Of a stretch of DNA of 64,000 nt, positions 51,401 to 64,000 are shown in pieces (the stretch's first letter is position 1; every line of letters starts with the position of its first letter). Made by a program: the position numbers and the translations under genes. The notes beneath the pieces were generated by a model. The model did no database searches and was not told the origin of the DNA. It saw only the letters and a program-made list of their open reading frames with translations. Source of the DNA: Eledone cirrhosa (Eukaryota); contig OZ024744.1 in the NCBI GenBank assembly GCA_964016885.1, forward strand, positions 101,060,001 through 101,124,000, in the 5' to 3' direction.

Positions 51401-54400
51401 TGTATATAGTTCCTAATTTGGACAAAGACTGTTGTCAGCTCCCATCTGTTGTAAAGGTTAACACTAAAGTTATTGTATATAGTTCCTAATTTGGACAGGG
51501 ACTGTTGTCAGCTCCCATTTGGTGTAAAGGTTAACACTAAAGTTATTGTATATAGTTCCTAATTTGGACAGGGACTGTTGTCAGCTCCCATTTGGTGTAA
51601 AGGTTAACACTAAAGTTATTGTATATAGTTCCTAATTTGGACACAGACAGTTGTCAGCTCCCATTTGGTGTAAAGGTTAACACTAAAGTTATTGTATATA
51701 GTTCCTAATTTGGACAGCGACAGTTGTCAGCTCCCATTTGGTGTAAAGGTTAACACTAAAATTATTGTATATAGTTCCTAATTTGGACAGAGACTGTTGT
51801 CAGCTCCCATTTGGTGTAAAGGTTAACACTAAAGTTATTGTATATAGTTCCTAATTTGGACAGGCACTATTATCAGCTCCCATTTGGTGTAAAGGTTAAC
51901 ACTAAAGTTATTGTATGTAGTTCCTAATTTGGACAGAGATAGTTGTCAGCTCCCATTTGGTGTAAAGGTTAACACTAAAGTTATTGTATATAGTTCCTAA
52001 TTTGGACAAAGACTGTTGTCAGCTTCCATTTGGTGTAAAGGTTAACACTAAAGTTATTGTATATAGTTCCTAATTTGGACAGGGACAGTTCTCAGCACCC
52101 ATTTGGTGTAAAGGTTAACACTAAAGTTATTGTATATAGTTCCTAATTTGGACAGGGACAGTTCTCAGCTCCCATTTGGTGTAAAGGTTAACACTAAAGT
52201 TATTGTATATAGTTCCTAATTTGGACAGAGACTGTTGTCAACTCCCATTTGGTGTAAAGGTTAACACTAAAGTTATTGTATATAGTTCCTAATTTGGACA
52301 GAGACTGTTGTCAACTCCCATTTGGTGTAAAGGTTAACACTAAAGTTATTGTATATAGTTCCTAATTTGGACAGAGACTGTTGTCAGCTCCCATTTGGTG
52401 TAAAGGTTAACACTAAAGTTATTGTATATAGTTCCTAATTTGGACAGGGGTTGTTGTCAGCTCCCATTTTGTGTAAAGGTAAACACTAAAGTTATTGTAT
52501 ATAGTTCCTAATTTGGACAGGGACTGTTGTCAGCTCCCATTTGGTGTAAAGGTTAACACTAAAGTTATTGTATATAGTTCCTAATTTGGACAGGGACTGT
52601 TGTCAGCTCCCATTTGGTGTAAAGGTTATCACTAAAGTTATTGTATATAGCTCATAATTTGCACAGAGACTGTTGTCAGCTCCCATTTGGTGTAAAGGTT
52701 AACCCTAAAGTTATTGTATATAGTTCCTAATTTGGACAGAGACTGTTGTCAGCTCCCATTTGGTGTAAAGGTTAACACTAAAGTTATTGTATATAGTCCC
52801 TAATTTGGACAGAGACTGTTGTCAGCTCCCATTTGGTGTAAAGGTTAACACTAAAGTTATTGTATATAGTTCCTAATTTAGAGAGGGACTGTTGTCAGCT
52901 CCCATTTGGTGTAAAGGTTAACACTAAAGTTATCGTATATAGTTCCTAATTTGGACAGAGACTGTTGTCAGCTCCCATTTACTGTAAAGGTTAACACTAA
53001 AGTTATTGTATATAGTTACTAATTTGGACAGGGACAGTTGTCAGCTCCCATTTGGTGTAAAGGTTAACACTAAAGTTATTGTATATAGTTTCTAATTTGG
53101 ACAGAGACTGTTGTCAGCTCCCGTTTGGTGTAAAGGTTAACACTAAAGTTATTGTATATAGTTCCTAATTTGGACAGAGACAGTTGTCAGCTCCCATTTG
53201 GTGTAAAGGTTAACACTAAAGTTATTGTATATAGTTCCTAATTTGCACAGAGACTGTTGTCAGCTCCCATTTGGTGTAAAGGTTAACACTAAAGCTATTG
53301 TATATAGTTCCTAATTTGGACAGAGACTGTTGTCAGCTCCCATTTGGTGTAAAGGTTAACACTAAAGTTATTGTATAGTTCCTAATTTGGACAGGGACTG
53401 TTGTTAGCTCCCATTTGGTGTAAAGATTAACACTAAAGCTATTATATATAGTTCCTAATTTGGACAGAGACTGTTGTCAGCTCCCATTTGGTGTAAAGGT
53501 TAACACTAAAGTTATTGTATAGTTCCTAATTTGGACAGAGACTGTTATCAGCTCCCATTTGGTGTAAAGGTTAACACTAAAGTTATTGTATATAGTCCCT
53601 AATTTGGACAGAGACAGTTGTCAGCTCCCATTTGGTGTAATGGTTAACACTAAAGTTATTGTATATAGTTCCTAATTTGGACAGAGACTGTTGTCAGCTC
53701 CCATTTGGTGTAAAGGTTAACACTAAAGTTATTGTATAGTTCCTAATTTGGACAGGGACTGTTGTTAGCTCCCATTTGGTGTAAAGGTTAAAACTAAAGC
53801 TATTATATATAGTTCCTAATTTGGACAGAGACTGTTGTCAGCTCCCATTTGGTGTAAAGGTTAACACTAAAGTTATTGTATAGTTCCTAATTTGGACAGG
53901 GACAGTTGTCAGCTCCCATTTGGTGTAAAGGTTAACACTAAAGTTATTGTATATAGTTCCTAATTTGGACAGAGACTGTTGTCAGCTCCCATTTGGTGTA
54001 AAGGTTAACACTAAAGTTATTGTATATAGTTCCTAATTTAGACAGGGACTGTTGTCAGCTCCCATTCGGTGTAAAGGTTAACACTGAAGTTATTGTATAT
54101 AGTTCCTAATTTGGACAGGGACTGTTGTCAGCTCCCATTTGGTGTAAAGGTTATCACTAAAGTTATTGTATAGTTCCTAATTTGGACAGGGACAGTTGTC
54201 AACTCCCATTTGGTGTAAAGGTTAACACTAAAGTTATTGTATATAGTTCCTAATTTGGACAGGGACTGTTGTCAGCTCCCATTTGGTGTAAAGGTTAACA
54301 CTAAAGTTATTGTATATAGTTCCTATTTTGGACAGGGACAGTTGTCAACTCCCATTTGGTGTAAAGGTTAACACTAAAGTTATTGTATATAGTTCCTAAT

Positions 54401-57400
54401 TTGGACAGGGACTGTTGTTAGCTCCCATTTGGTGTAAAGATTAACACTAAAGCTATTATATGTAGTTCCTAATTTGGACAGGGACTGTTGTCAGCTCCCA
54501 TTTGGTGTAAAGGTTAACACTAAAGTGATAGTATATAGTTCCTATTTTGGACAGGGACTGTTGTCAGCTCCCATTTGGTGTAAAGGTTAACACTAAAGTT
54601 ATTGTATAGTTCCTAATTTGGACAGCGACAGTTGTCAGCTCCCATTTGGTGTAAAGCTTAACACTAAAGTTATTGTATAGTTCCTAATTTGGACAGGGAC
54701 TGTTGTCAGCTCCCATTTGGTGTAAAGGTTAACACTAAAGTTATTGTATATAGTTCCTATTTTGGACAGGGACTGTTGTCAGCTCCCATTTGGTGTAAAG
54801 GTTAACACTAAAGTTATTGTATATAGTTCCTAATTTGGACAGAGATTGTTGTCAGCTCCCATTTGGTGTAAAGGTTAACACTAAAGTTATTGTATATAGT
54901 TCCTAATTTGGACAGAGATTGTTGTCAGCTCCCATTTGGTGTAAAGGCTAACACTAAAGTTATTGTATATAGTTCCTATTTTGGACAGGGACTGTTGTCA
55001 GCTCCCATTTGGTGTAAAGGCTAACACTAAAGTTATTGTATATAGTTCCTATTTTGGACAGGGACTGTTGTCAGCTCCCATTTGGTGTAAAGGCTAACAC
55101 TAAAGTTATTGTATATAGTTCCTATTTTGGACAGGGACTGTTGTCAGCTCCCATTTGGTGTAAAGGTTAACACTAAAGTTATTGTATATAGTTCCTAATT
55201 TGGACAGAGACAGTTGTCAGCTCCCATTTGATGTAAAGGTTAACACTAAAGTTATTGTATATAGTTCCTAATTTGGACAGAGACTGTTGTCAGCTCCCAT
55301 TTGGTGTAAAGGTTAACACTAAAGTTATTGTATAGTTCCTAATTTGGACAGGGACTGTTGTTAGCTCCCATTTGGTGTAAAGATTAACACTAAAGCTATT
55401 ATATATAGTTCCTAATTTGGACAGGGACTGTTGTCAGCTCCCATTTGGTGTAAAGGTTCACACTAAAGTTATTGTACATAGTCCCTAATTTTGACAGGGA
55501 CTGTTGTCAGCTCCCATTTGGTGTAAAGGTTAACACTAAAGTTATTGTATATAGTTCCTAATTTGGACAGGGACTGTTGTCAGCTCCCATTTGGTGTAAA
55601 GGTTAACACTAAAGTTGTATATAGTTCCTAATTTGGACAGGGACTGTTGTCAACTCCCATTTGGTGTAAAGGTTAACACTAAAGTTATTATATAGTTCCT
55701 AATTTAGACAGGGACTGTTGTCAGCTCCCATTTGTTGTAATGGTTAACACTAAAGTTATTGTATATAGTTCCTAATTTGGACAGAGACTTGTCAGCTCCC
55801 ATTTGGTGTAAAGCTTAACACTAAAGTTATTGTATAGTTCCTAATATGGACAGGGACTGTTGTCAGCTCCCATTTGGTGTAAAGGTTAACACTAAAGTTA
55901 TTGTATATAGTTCCTAATTTGGACAGGGACTGTTGTCAGCTCCCATTTGGTGTAGAAGTTTAACACTAAAGTCATTATATATAGTTCCTAGTTTGGACAG
56001 GGAGTGTTGTCAGCTCCCATTTGGTGTAAAGGTTAACACTAAAGTTATTGTATATAGTTCCTAATTTGGACAGGGACTGTTGTCAGCTCCCATTTTGTGT
56101 AAAGGTTAACACTAAAGTTTTTGTATATAGTTCCTAATTTGGACAAAGACTGTTGTCAGCTCCCATCTGGTGTAAATGTTAACACTAAAGTTAGTCTATA
56201 TAGTTCCTAATTTGGATAGGGACTGTTGTCAGCTCCCATTTGGTGTAAAGGTTAACACTAAAGTTATTGTATATAGTTCCTAATTTGGACAAAGACTGTT
56301 GTCAGCTCCCATCTGTTGTAAAGGTTAACACTAAAGTTATTGTATATAGTTCCTAATTTGGACAGGGACTGTTGTCAGCTCCCATTTGGTGTAAAGGTTA
56401 ACACTAAAGTTATTGTATATAGTTCCTAATTTGGACAGGGACTGTTGTCAGCTCCCATTTGGTGTAAAGGTTAACACTAAAGTTATTGTATATAGTTCCT
56501 AATTTGGACACAGACAGTTGTCAGCTCCCATTTGGTGTAAAGGTTAACACTAAAGTTATTGTATATAGTTCCTAATTTGGACAGCGACAGTTGTCAGCTC
56601 CCATTTGGTGTAAAGGTTAACACTAAAATTATTGTATATAGTTCCTAATTTGGACAGAGACTGTTGTCAACTCCCATTTGGTGTAAAGGTTAACACTAAA
56701 GTTATTGTATATAGTTCCTAATTTGGACAGAGACTGTTGTCAACTCCCATTTGGTGTAAAGGTTAACACTAAAGTTATTGTATATAGTTCCTAATTTGGA
56801 CAGAGACTGTTGTCAGCTCCCATTTGGTGTAAAGGTTAACACTAAAGTTATTGTATATAGTTCCTAATTTGGACAGGGGTTGTTGTCAGCTCCCATTTTG
56901 TGTAAAGGTAAACACTAAAGTTATTGTATATAGTTCCTAATTTGGACAGGGACTGTTGTCAGCTCCCATTTGGTGTAAAGGTTAACACTAAAGTTATTGT
57001 ATATAGTTCCTAATTTGGACAGGGACTGTTGTCAGCTCCCATTTGGTGTAAAGGTTATCACTAAAGTTATTGTATATAGTTCATAATTTGCACAGAGACT
57101 GTTGTCAGCTCCCATTTGGTGTAAAGGTTAACCCTAAAGTTATTGTATATAGTTCCTAATTTGGACAGAGACTGTTGTCAGCTCCCATTTGGTGTAAAGG
57201 TTAACACTAAAGTTATTGTATATAGTCCCTAATTTGGACAGAGACTGTTGTCAGCTCCCATTTGGTGTAAAGGTTAACACTAAAGTTATTGTATATAGTT
57301 CCTAATTTAGAGAGGGACTGTTGTCAGCTCCCATTTGGTGTAAAGGTTAACACTAAAGTTATCGTATATAGTTCCTAATTTGGACAGAGACTGTTGTCAG

Positions 57401-57750
57401 CTCCCATTTACTGTAAAGGTTAACACTAAAGTTATTGTATATAGTTACTAATTTGGACAGGGACAGTTGTCAGCTCCCATTTGGTGTAAAGGTTAACACT
57501 AAAGTTATTGTATATAGTTTCTAATTTGGACAGAGACTGTTGTCAGCTCCCGTTTGGTGTAAAGGTTAACACTAAAGTTATTGTATATAGTTCCTAATTT
57601 GGACAGAGACAGTTGTCAGCTCCCATTTGGTGTAAAGGTTAACACTAAAGTTATTGTATATAGTTCCTAATTTGCACAGAGACTGTTGTCAGCTCCCATT
57701 TGGTGTAAAGGTTAACACTAAAGCTATTGTATATAGTTCCTAATTTGGAC
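48450..57750. repeat. Tandem duplication of a 4,867-bp (~67-monomer) satellite block, second copy 6 monomers shorter; boundaries approximate
   Basis: TTAAAACT 48921/53788 and TGGTGTAGAAGTTT 51081/55948 are 4867 apart. GGGGTTG 52447/56876 are 4429 apart (4867 minus 6x73). Confidence 0.9.
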
Positions 57751-60700
57751 AGAGACTGTTATCAGCTCCCATTTGGTGTAAAGGTTAACACTAAAGTTAT
57801 TGTATATAGTTCCTAATTTCGACAGGGAGAGTTGTCAGTTCCCATTTGGTGTAAAGGTTAACACTAAAGTTATTGTATGTAGTTCCTAATTTGGACAGAG
57901 ATAGTTGTCAGCTCCCATTTGGTGTAAAGGTTAACACTAAAGTTATTGTATATAGTTCCTATTTTGGACAGAGACTGTTGTCAGCTCCCATTTGGTGTAA
58001 AGGTTAACACTAAAGTTATTGTATATAGTTCCTAATTTGGACAGGGATTGTTGTCAGCTCCCATATGGTGTAAAGGTTAACACTAAAGTTATTGTATATA
58101 GTTCCTAATTTGGACAGGGACTGTTGTCAGCTCCCATTTGGTGTAAAGGTTAACACTAAAGTTATTGTATATAGTTCCTAATTTGGACAGAGACAGTTGT
58201 CAGCTCCCATTTGGTGTAAAGGTTAACACTAAAGTTATTGTATATAGTTCCTAATTTGGACAGCGACAGTTGTCAGCTCCCATTTGGTGTAAAGGTTAAC
58301 ACTAAAATTATTGTATATAGTTCCTAATTTGGACAGAGACTGTTGTCAGCTCCCATTTGGTGTAAAGGTTAACACTAAAGTTATTGTATATAGTTCCTAA
58401 TTTGGACAGGCACTATTATCAGCTCCCATTTGGTGTAAAGGTTAACACTAAAGTTATTGTATGTAGTTCCTAATTTGGACAGAGATAGTTGTCAGCTCCC
58501 ATTTGGTGTAAAGGTTAACACTAAAGTTATTGTATATAGTTCCTATTTTGGACAGAGACTGTTGTCAGCTCCCATTTGGTGTAAAGGTTAACACTAAAGT
58601 TATTGTATATAGTTCCTAATTTGGACAGGGATTGTTGTCAGCTCCCATATGGTGTAAAGGTTAACACTAAAGTTATTGTATATAGTTCCTAATTTGGACA
58701 GGGACAGTTGTCAGCTCCCATTTTGTGTAAAGGTTAACACTAAAGTTATTGTATATAGTTCCTAATTTAGAGAGGGACTGTTGTCAGCTCCCATTTGGTG
58801 TAAAGGTTAACACTAAAGTTATCGTATATAGTTCCTAATTTGGACAGAGACTGTTGTCAGCTCCCATTTACTGTAAAGGTTAACTCTAAAGTTATTGTAT
58901 ATAGTTCCTAATTTGGACAGGGACTGTTGTCAACTCCCATTTGATGTAAAGGTTAACACTAAAGTTATTGTATATAGTTACTAATTTGGACAGTGACAGT
59001 TGTCAGCTCCCATTTGGTGTAAAGGTTAACACTAAAGTTATTGTATATAGTTCCTAATTTGGACAGAGACTGTTGTCAGCTCCCATTTGGTGTAAAGGTT
59101 AACACTAAAGTTATTGTATATAGTTCCTAATTTGGACAGAGACTGTTGTCAGCTCCCATTTGGTGTAAAGGTTAACACTAAAGTTATTGTATATAGTTCC
59201 TAATTTGGACAGAGACAGTTGTCAGCTCCCATTTGGTGTAAAGGTTAACACTAAAGTTATTGTATATAGTTCATAATTTGGACAGGGACTGTTGTCAGTT
59301 CCCATTTGGTGTAAAGGTTAACACTAAAGTTATTGTATATAGTTCCTAATTTGCACAGAGACTGTTGTCAGCTCCCATTTGGTGTAAAGGTTAACACTAA
59401 AGTTATTGTATATAGTTCCTAATTTGGACAGAGACTGTTGTCAGCTCCCATTTGATGTAAAGGTTAACACTAAAGTTATTGTATATAGTTCCTAATTTCG
59501 ACAGGGACAGTTGTCAGTTCCCATTTGGTGTAAAGGTTAACACTAAAGTTATTGTATAAAGTTCCTAATTTGGACAGGGACTGTTGTCAGCTCCCATTTG
59601 GTGTAAAGGTTAACACTAAAGTTATTGTATATAGTTCCTAATTTGGACAGGGATTGTTGTCAGCTCCCATTTGGTGTAAAGGTTATCACTAAAGTTATTG
59701 TATATAGTTCCTAATTTCGACAGGGACAGTTGTCAGTTCCCATTTGGTGTAAAGGTTAACACTAAAGTTATTGTATATAGTTCATAATTTGGACAGGGAC
59801 TGTTGTTAGTTCCCATTTGGTGTAAAGGTTAACACTAAAGTTATTGTATATAGTTCCTAATTTGCACAGAGACTGTTGTCAGCTCCCATTTGGTGTAAAG
59901 GTTAACACTAAAGTTATTGTATATAGTTCCTAATTTGGACAGAGACTGTTGTCAGCTCCCATTTGGTGTAAAGGTTAACACTAAAGTTATTGTATATAGT
60001 TCCTAATTTGGACAGAGACTGTTGTCAGCTCCCATTTGATGTAAAGGTTAACACTAAAGTTATTGTATATAGTTCCTAATTTCGACAGGGACAGTTGTCA
60101 GTTCCCATTTGGTGTAAAGGTTAACACTAAAGTTATTGTATATAGTTCCTAATTTGGACAGGGACTGTTGTCAGCTCCCAATTGGTGTAAAGGTTAACAC
60201 TAAAGTTATTGTATATAGTTCCTAATTTGGACAGGGACTGTTGTCAGCTCCCATTTGGTGTAAAGGTTATCACTAAAGTTATTGTATATAGTTCCTAATT
60301 TCGACAGGGACAGTTGTCAGTTCCCATTTGGTGTAAAGGTTAACACTAAAGTTATTGTATATAGTTCCTAATTTGGACAGCGACAGTTGTCAGTTCCCAT
60401 TTGGTGTAAAGGTTAACACTAAAATTATTGTATATAGTTCCTAATTTGGACAGAGACTGTTGTCAGCTCCCATTTGGTGTAAAGGTTAACACTAAAGTTA
60501 TTGTATATAGTTCCTAATTTGGACAGGCACTATTATCAGCTCCCATTTGGTGTAAAGGTTAACACTAAAGTTATTGTATGTAGTTCCTAATTTGGACAGA
60601 GATAGTTGTCAGCTCCCATTTGGTGTAAAGGTTAACACTAAAGTTATTGTATATAGTTCCTAATTTGGACAAAGACTGTTGTCAGCTTCCATTTGGTGTA

Positions 60701-63700
60701 AAGGTTAACACTAAAGTTATTGTATATAGTTCCTAATTTGGACAGGGACAGTTCTCAGCTCCCATTTGGTGTAAAGGTTAACACTAAAGTTATTGTATAT
60801 AGTTCCTAATTTGGACAGGGACAGTTCTCAGCTCCCATTTGGTATAAAGGTTAACACTAAAGTTATTGTATATAGTTCCTAATTTGGACAGAGACTGTTG
60901 TCAACTCCCATTTGGTGTAAAGGTTAACACTAAAGTTATTGTATATAGTTCCTAATTTGGACAGAGACTGTTGTCAACTCCCATTTGGTGTAAAGGTTAA
61001 CACTAAAGTTATTGTATATAGTTCCTAATTTGGACAGGGGTTGTTGTCAGCTCCCATTTTGTGTAAAGGTTAACACTAAAGTTATTGTATATAGTTCCTA
61101 TTTTGGACAGGGACTGTTGTCAGCTCCCATTTGGTGTAAAGGTTAACCCTAAAGTTATTGTATATAGTTCCTAATTTGGACAGAGACTGTTGTCAGCTCC
61201 CATTTGGTGTAAAGGTTAACACTAAAGTTATTGTATATAGTCCCTAATTTGGACAGAGACTGTTGTCAGCTCCCATTTGGTGTAAAGGTTAACACTAAAG
61301 TTATTGTATATAGTTCCTAATTTAGAGAGGGACTGTTGTCAGCTCCCGTTTGGTGTAAAGGTTAACACTAAAGTTATTGTATATAGTCCCTAATTTGGAC
61401 AGAGACTGTTGTCAGCTCCCATTTGGTGTAAAGGTTAACACTAAAGTTATTGTATATAGTTCCTAATTTAGAGAGGGACAGTTGTCAGCTCCCATTTGGT
61501 GTAAAGGTTAACACTAAAGTTATTGTATATAGTTCCTAATTTGGACAGAGACTGTTGTCAGCTCCCGTTTGGTGTAAAGGTTAACACTAAAGTTATTGTA
61601 TATAGTTCCTAATTTGGACAGAGACTGTTGTCAGCTCCCGTTTGGTGTAAAGGTTAACACTAAAGTTATTGTATATAGTTCCTAATTTGGACAGAGACAG
61701 TTGTCAGCTCCCATTTGGTGTAAAGGTTAACACTAAAGTTATTGTATATAGTTCCTAATTTGGACAGAGACTGTTGTCAGCTCCCGTTTGGTGTAAAGGT
61801 TAACACTAAAGTTATTGTATATAGTTCCTAATTTGGACAGAGACAGTTGTCAGCTCCCATTTGGTGTAAAGGTTAACACTAAAGTTATTGTATATAGTTC
61901 CTAATTTGGACAGAGACTGTTGTCAGCTCCCGTTTGGTGTAATGGTTAACACTAAAGTTATTGTATATAGTTCCTAATTTGGACAGAGACAGTTGTCAGC
62001 TCCCATTTGGTGTAAAGGTTAACACTAAAGTTATTGTATATAGTTCCTAATTTGGACAGAGACTGTTGTCAGCTCCCGTTTGGTGTAAAGGTTATCACTA
62101 AAGTTATTGTATAGTTCCTAATTTGGACAGGGACTGTTGTCAGCTCCCATTTGGTGTAAAGGTTAACACTAAAGTTATTGTGTATAGTTCCTAATTTGGA
62201 CAGAGACTGTTGTCAGCTCCCGTTTGGTGTAAAGGTTAACACTAAAGTTATTGTATATAGTTCCTAATTTGGACAGAGACAGTTGTCAGCTCCCATTTGG
62301 TGTAAAGGTTAACACTAAAGTTATTGTATATAGTTCCTAATTTGGACAGAGACTGTTGTCAGCTCCCGTTTGGTGTAAAGGTTAACACTAAAGTTATTGT
62401 ATATAGTTCCTAATTTGTACAGAGACAGTTGTCAGCTCCCATTTGGTGTAAAGGTTAACACTAAAGTTATTGTATATAGTTCCTAATTTGGACAGAGACT
62501 GTTGTCAGCTCCCGTTTGGTGTAAAGGTTAACACTAAAGTTATTGTATATAGTTCCTAATTTGGACAGAGACAGTTGTCAGCTCCCATTTGGTGTAAAGG
62601 TTAACACTAAAGTTATTGTATATAGTTACTAATTTGGACAGAGAGTGTTGTCAGCTCCCATTTGGTGTAAAGGTTAACACTAAAGTTATTATATATAGTT
62701 CCTAATTTGGACAGGCACTGTTGTCAGCTCCCATTTGGTGTAAAGTTTAACACTAAAGTTATTGTATATAGTTCCTAATTTGGACAGAGACTGTTGTCAG
62801 CTCCCATTTGGTGTAAAGGTTAACACTAAAGTTATTGTATATAGTTCCTAATTTGCACAGAGACTGTTGTCAGCTCCCATTTGGTGTAAAGCTTAACACT
62901 AAAGTTATTGTATATAGTTCCTAATTTCGACAGGGACAGTTGTCAGTTCCCATTTGGTGTAAAGGTTAACACTAAAGTTATTATATATAGTTCCTAATTT
63001 GGACAGGGACTGTTGTCGGCTCCCATTTGGTGTAAAGGTTAACACTAAAGTTATTATATATAGTTCCTAATTTGGACAGGGACAGTTGTCAGCTCCCATT
63101 TGGTGTAAAGGTTAACACTAAAGTTATTATATATAGTTCCTAATTTGGACAGGGACTGTTGTCGGCTCCCATTTGGTGTAAAGGTTAACACTAAAGTTAT
63201 TGTATAGTTCCTAATTTGGACAGAGACTGTTGTCAGCTCACATTTGGTGTAAAGGTTAACACTAAAGTTATTGTATATAGTTCCTAATTTGGACAGGGAC
63301 AGTTGTCAGCTCACATTTGGTGTAAAGGTTAACACTAAAGTTATTGTATATAGTTTTTAATTTGGACAGGGATTGTTGTCAGCTCCCACTTGGTGTAAAG
63401 GTTAACACTAAAGTTATTGTATATAGTTCCTAATTTGGACAGGGACAGTTCTCAGCTCCCATTTGGTGTAAAGGTTAACACTAAAGTTATTGTATATAGT
63501 TCCTAATTTGGACAGGGACAGTTCTCAGCTCCCATTTGGTATAAAGGTTAACACTAAAGTTATTGTATATAGTTCCTAATTTGGACAGAGACTGTTGTCA
63601 ACTCCCATTTGGTGTAAAGGTTAACACTAAAGTTATTGTATATAGTTCCTAATTTGGACAGAGACTGTTGTCAACTCCCATTTGGTGTAAAGGTTAACAC

Positions 63701-64000
63701 TAAAGTTATTGTATATAGTTCCTAATTTGGACAGGGGTTGTTGTCAGCTCCCATTTTGTGTAAAGGTTAACACTAAAGTTATTGTATATAGTTCCTAATT
63801 TGAACAGGGACTGTTGTCAGCTCCCATTTGGTGTAAAGGTTAACACTAAAGTTATTGTATATAGTTCCTAATTTGGACAGGGACTGTTGTCAGCTCCCAT
63901 TTGGTGTAAAGGTTATCACTAAAGTTATCGTATATAGTTCATAATTTGCACAGAGACTGTTGTCAGCTCCCATTTGGTGTAAAGGTTAACCCTAAAGTTA

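Larger units (their letters stand above)
9648..64000. repeat. 73-bp tandem satellite array, right segment (~745 monomers; runs past the window end)
   Basis: Same monomer and orientation. It resumes in register (AGTC-CCTAATTTGG) right after the insertion. No other non-satellite sequence or inversion was seen up to 64000. Confidence 0.99.

Noticed and set aside
1-64000. CRISPR array interpretation of the regular repeats
   Set aside because: There are no unique spacers: the whole 73-bp unit is repeated. No cas genes are present and the context is eukaryotic.

Overview
Eukaryotic (probably animal) satellite DNA with no credible protein-coding gene. About 97% of the window is one head-to-tail array of a 73-bp, ~37% GC monomer (consensus TCAGCTCCCATTTGGTGTAAAGGTTAACACTAAAGTTATTGTATATAGTTCCTAATTTGGACAG[G/A]GACTGTTG, roughly 850 copies, all in one orientation). 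A single 2,097-bp non-autonomous LTR retrotransposon (7551-9647) interrupts it. The element has two 366-bp LTRs differing at 3 positions, a 4-bp AGTC target-site duplication, a tRNA-Trp primer binding site, a short polypurine tract and no recognisable gag/pol. Its most unusual part is the leader. Complementarity to tRNA-Trp runs 32 nt instead of the usual 18, with a mismatch exactly opposite tRNA position A58 (m1A58), and is followed by a second copy of the LTR end plus a degenerate second PBS. Both LTRs also end in TA rather than CA. Rare variant monomers in the satellite record nested duplications at periods of 146 bp, 290 bp, 1.8 kb and 2.6-4.9 kb. All comparisons were made by eye, and the tRNA reference is recalled from memory. 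The species and any centromeric function cannot be established from this sequence.
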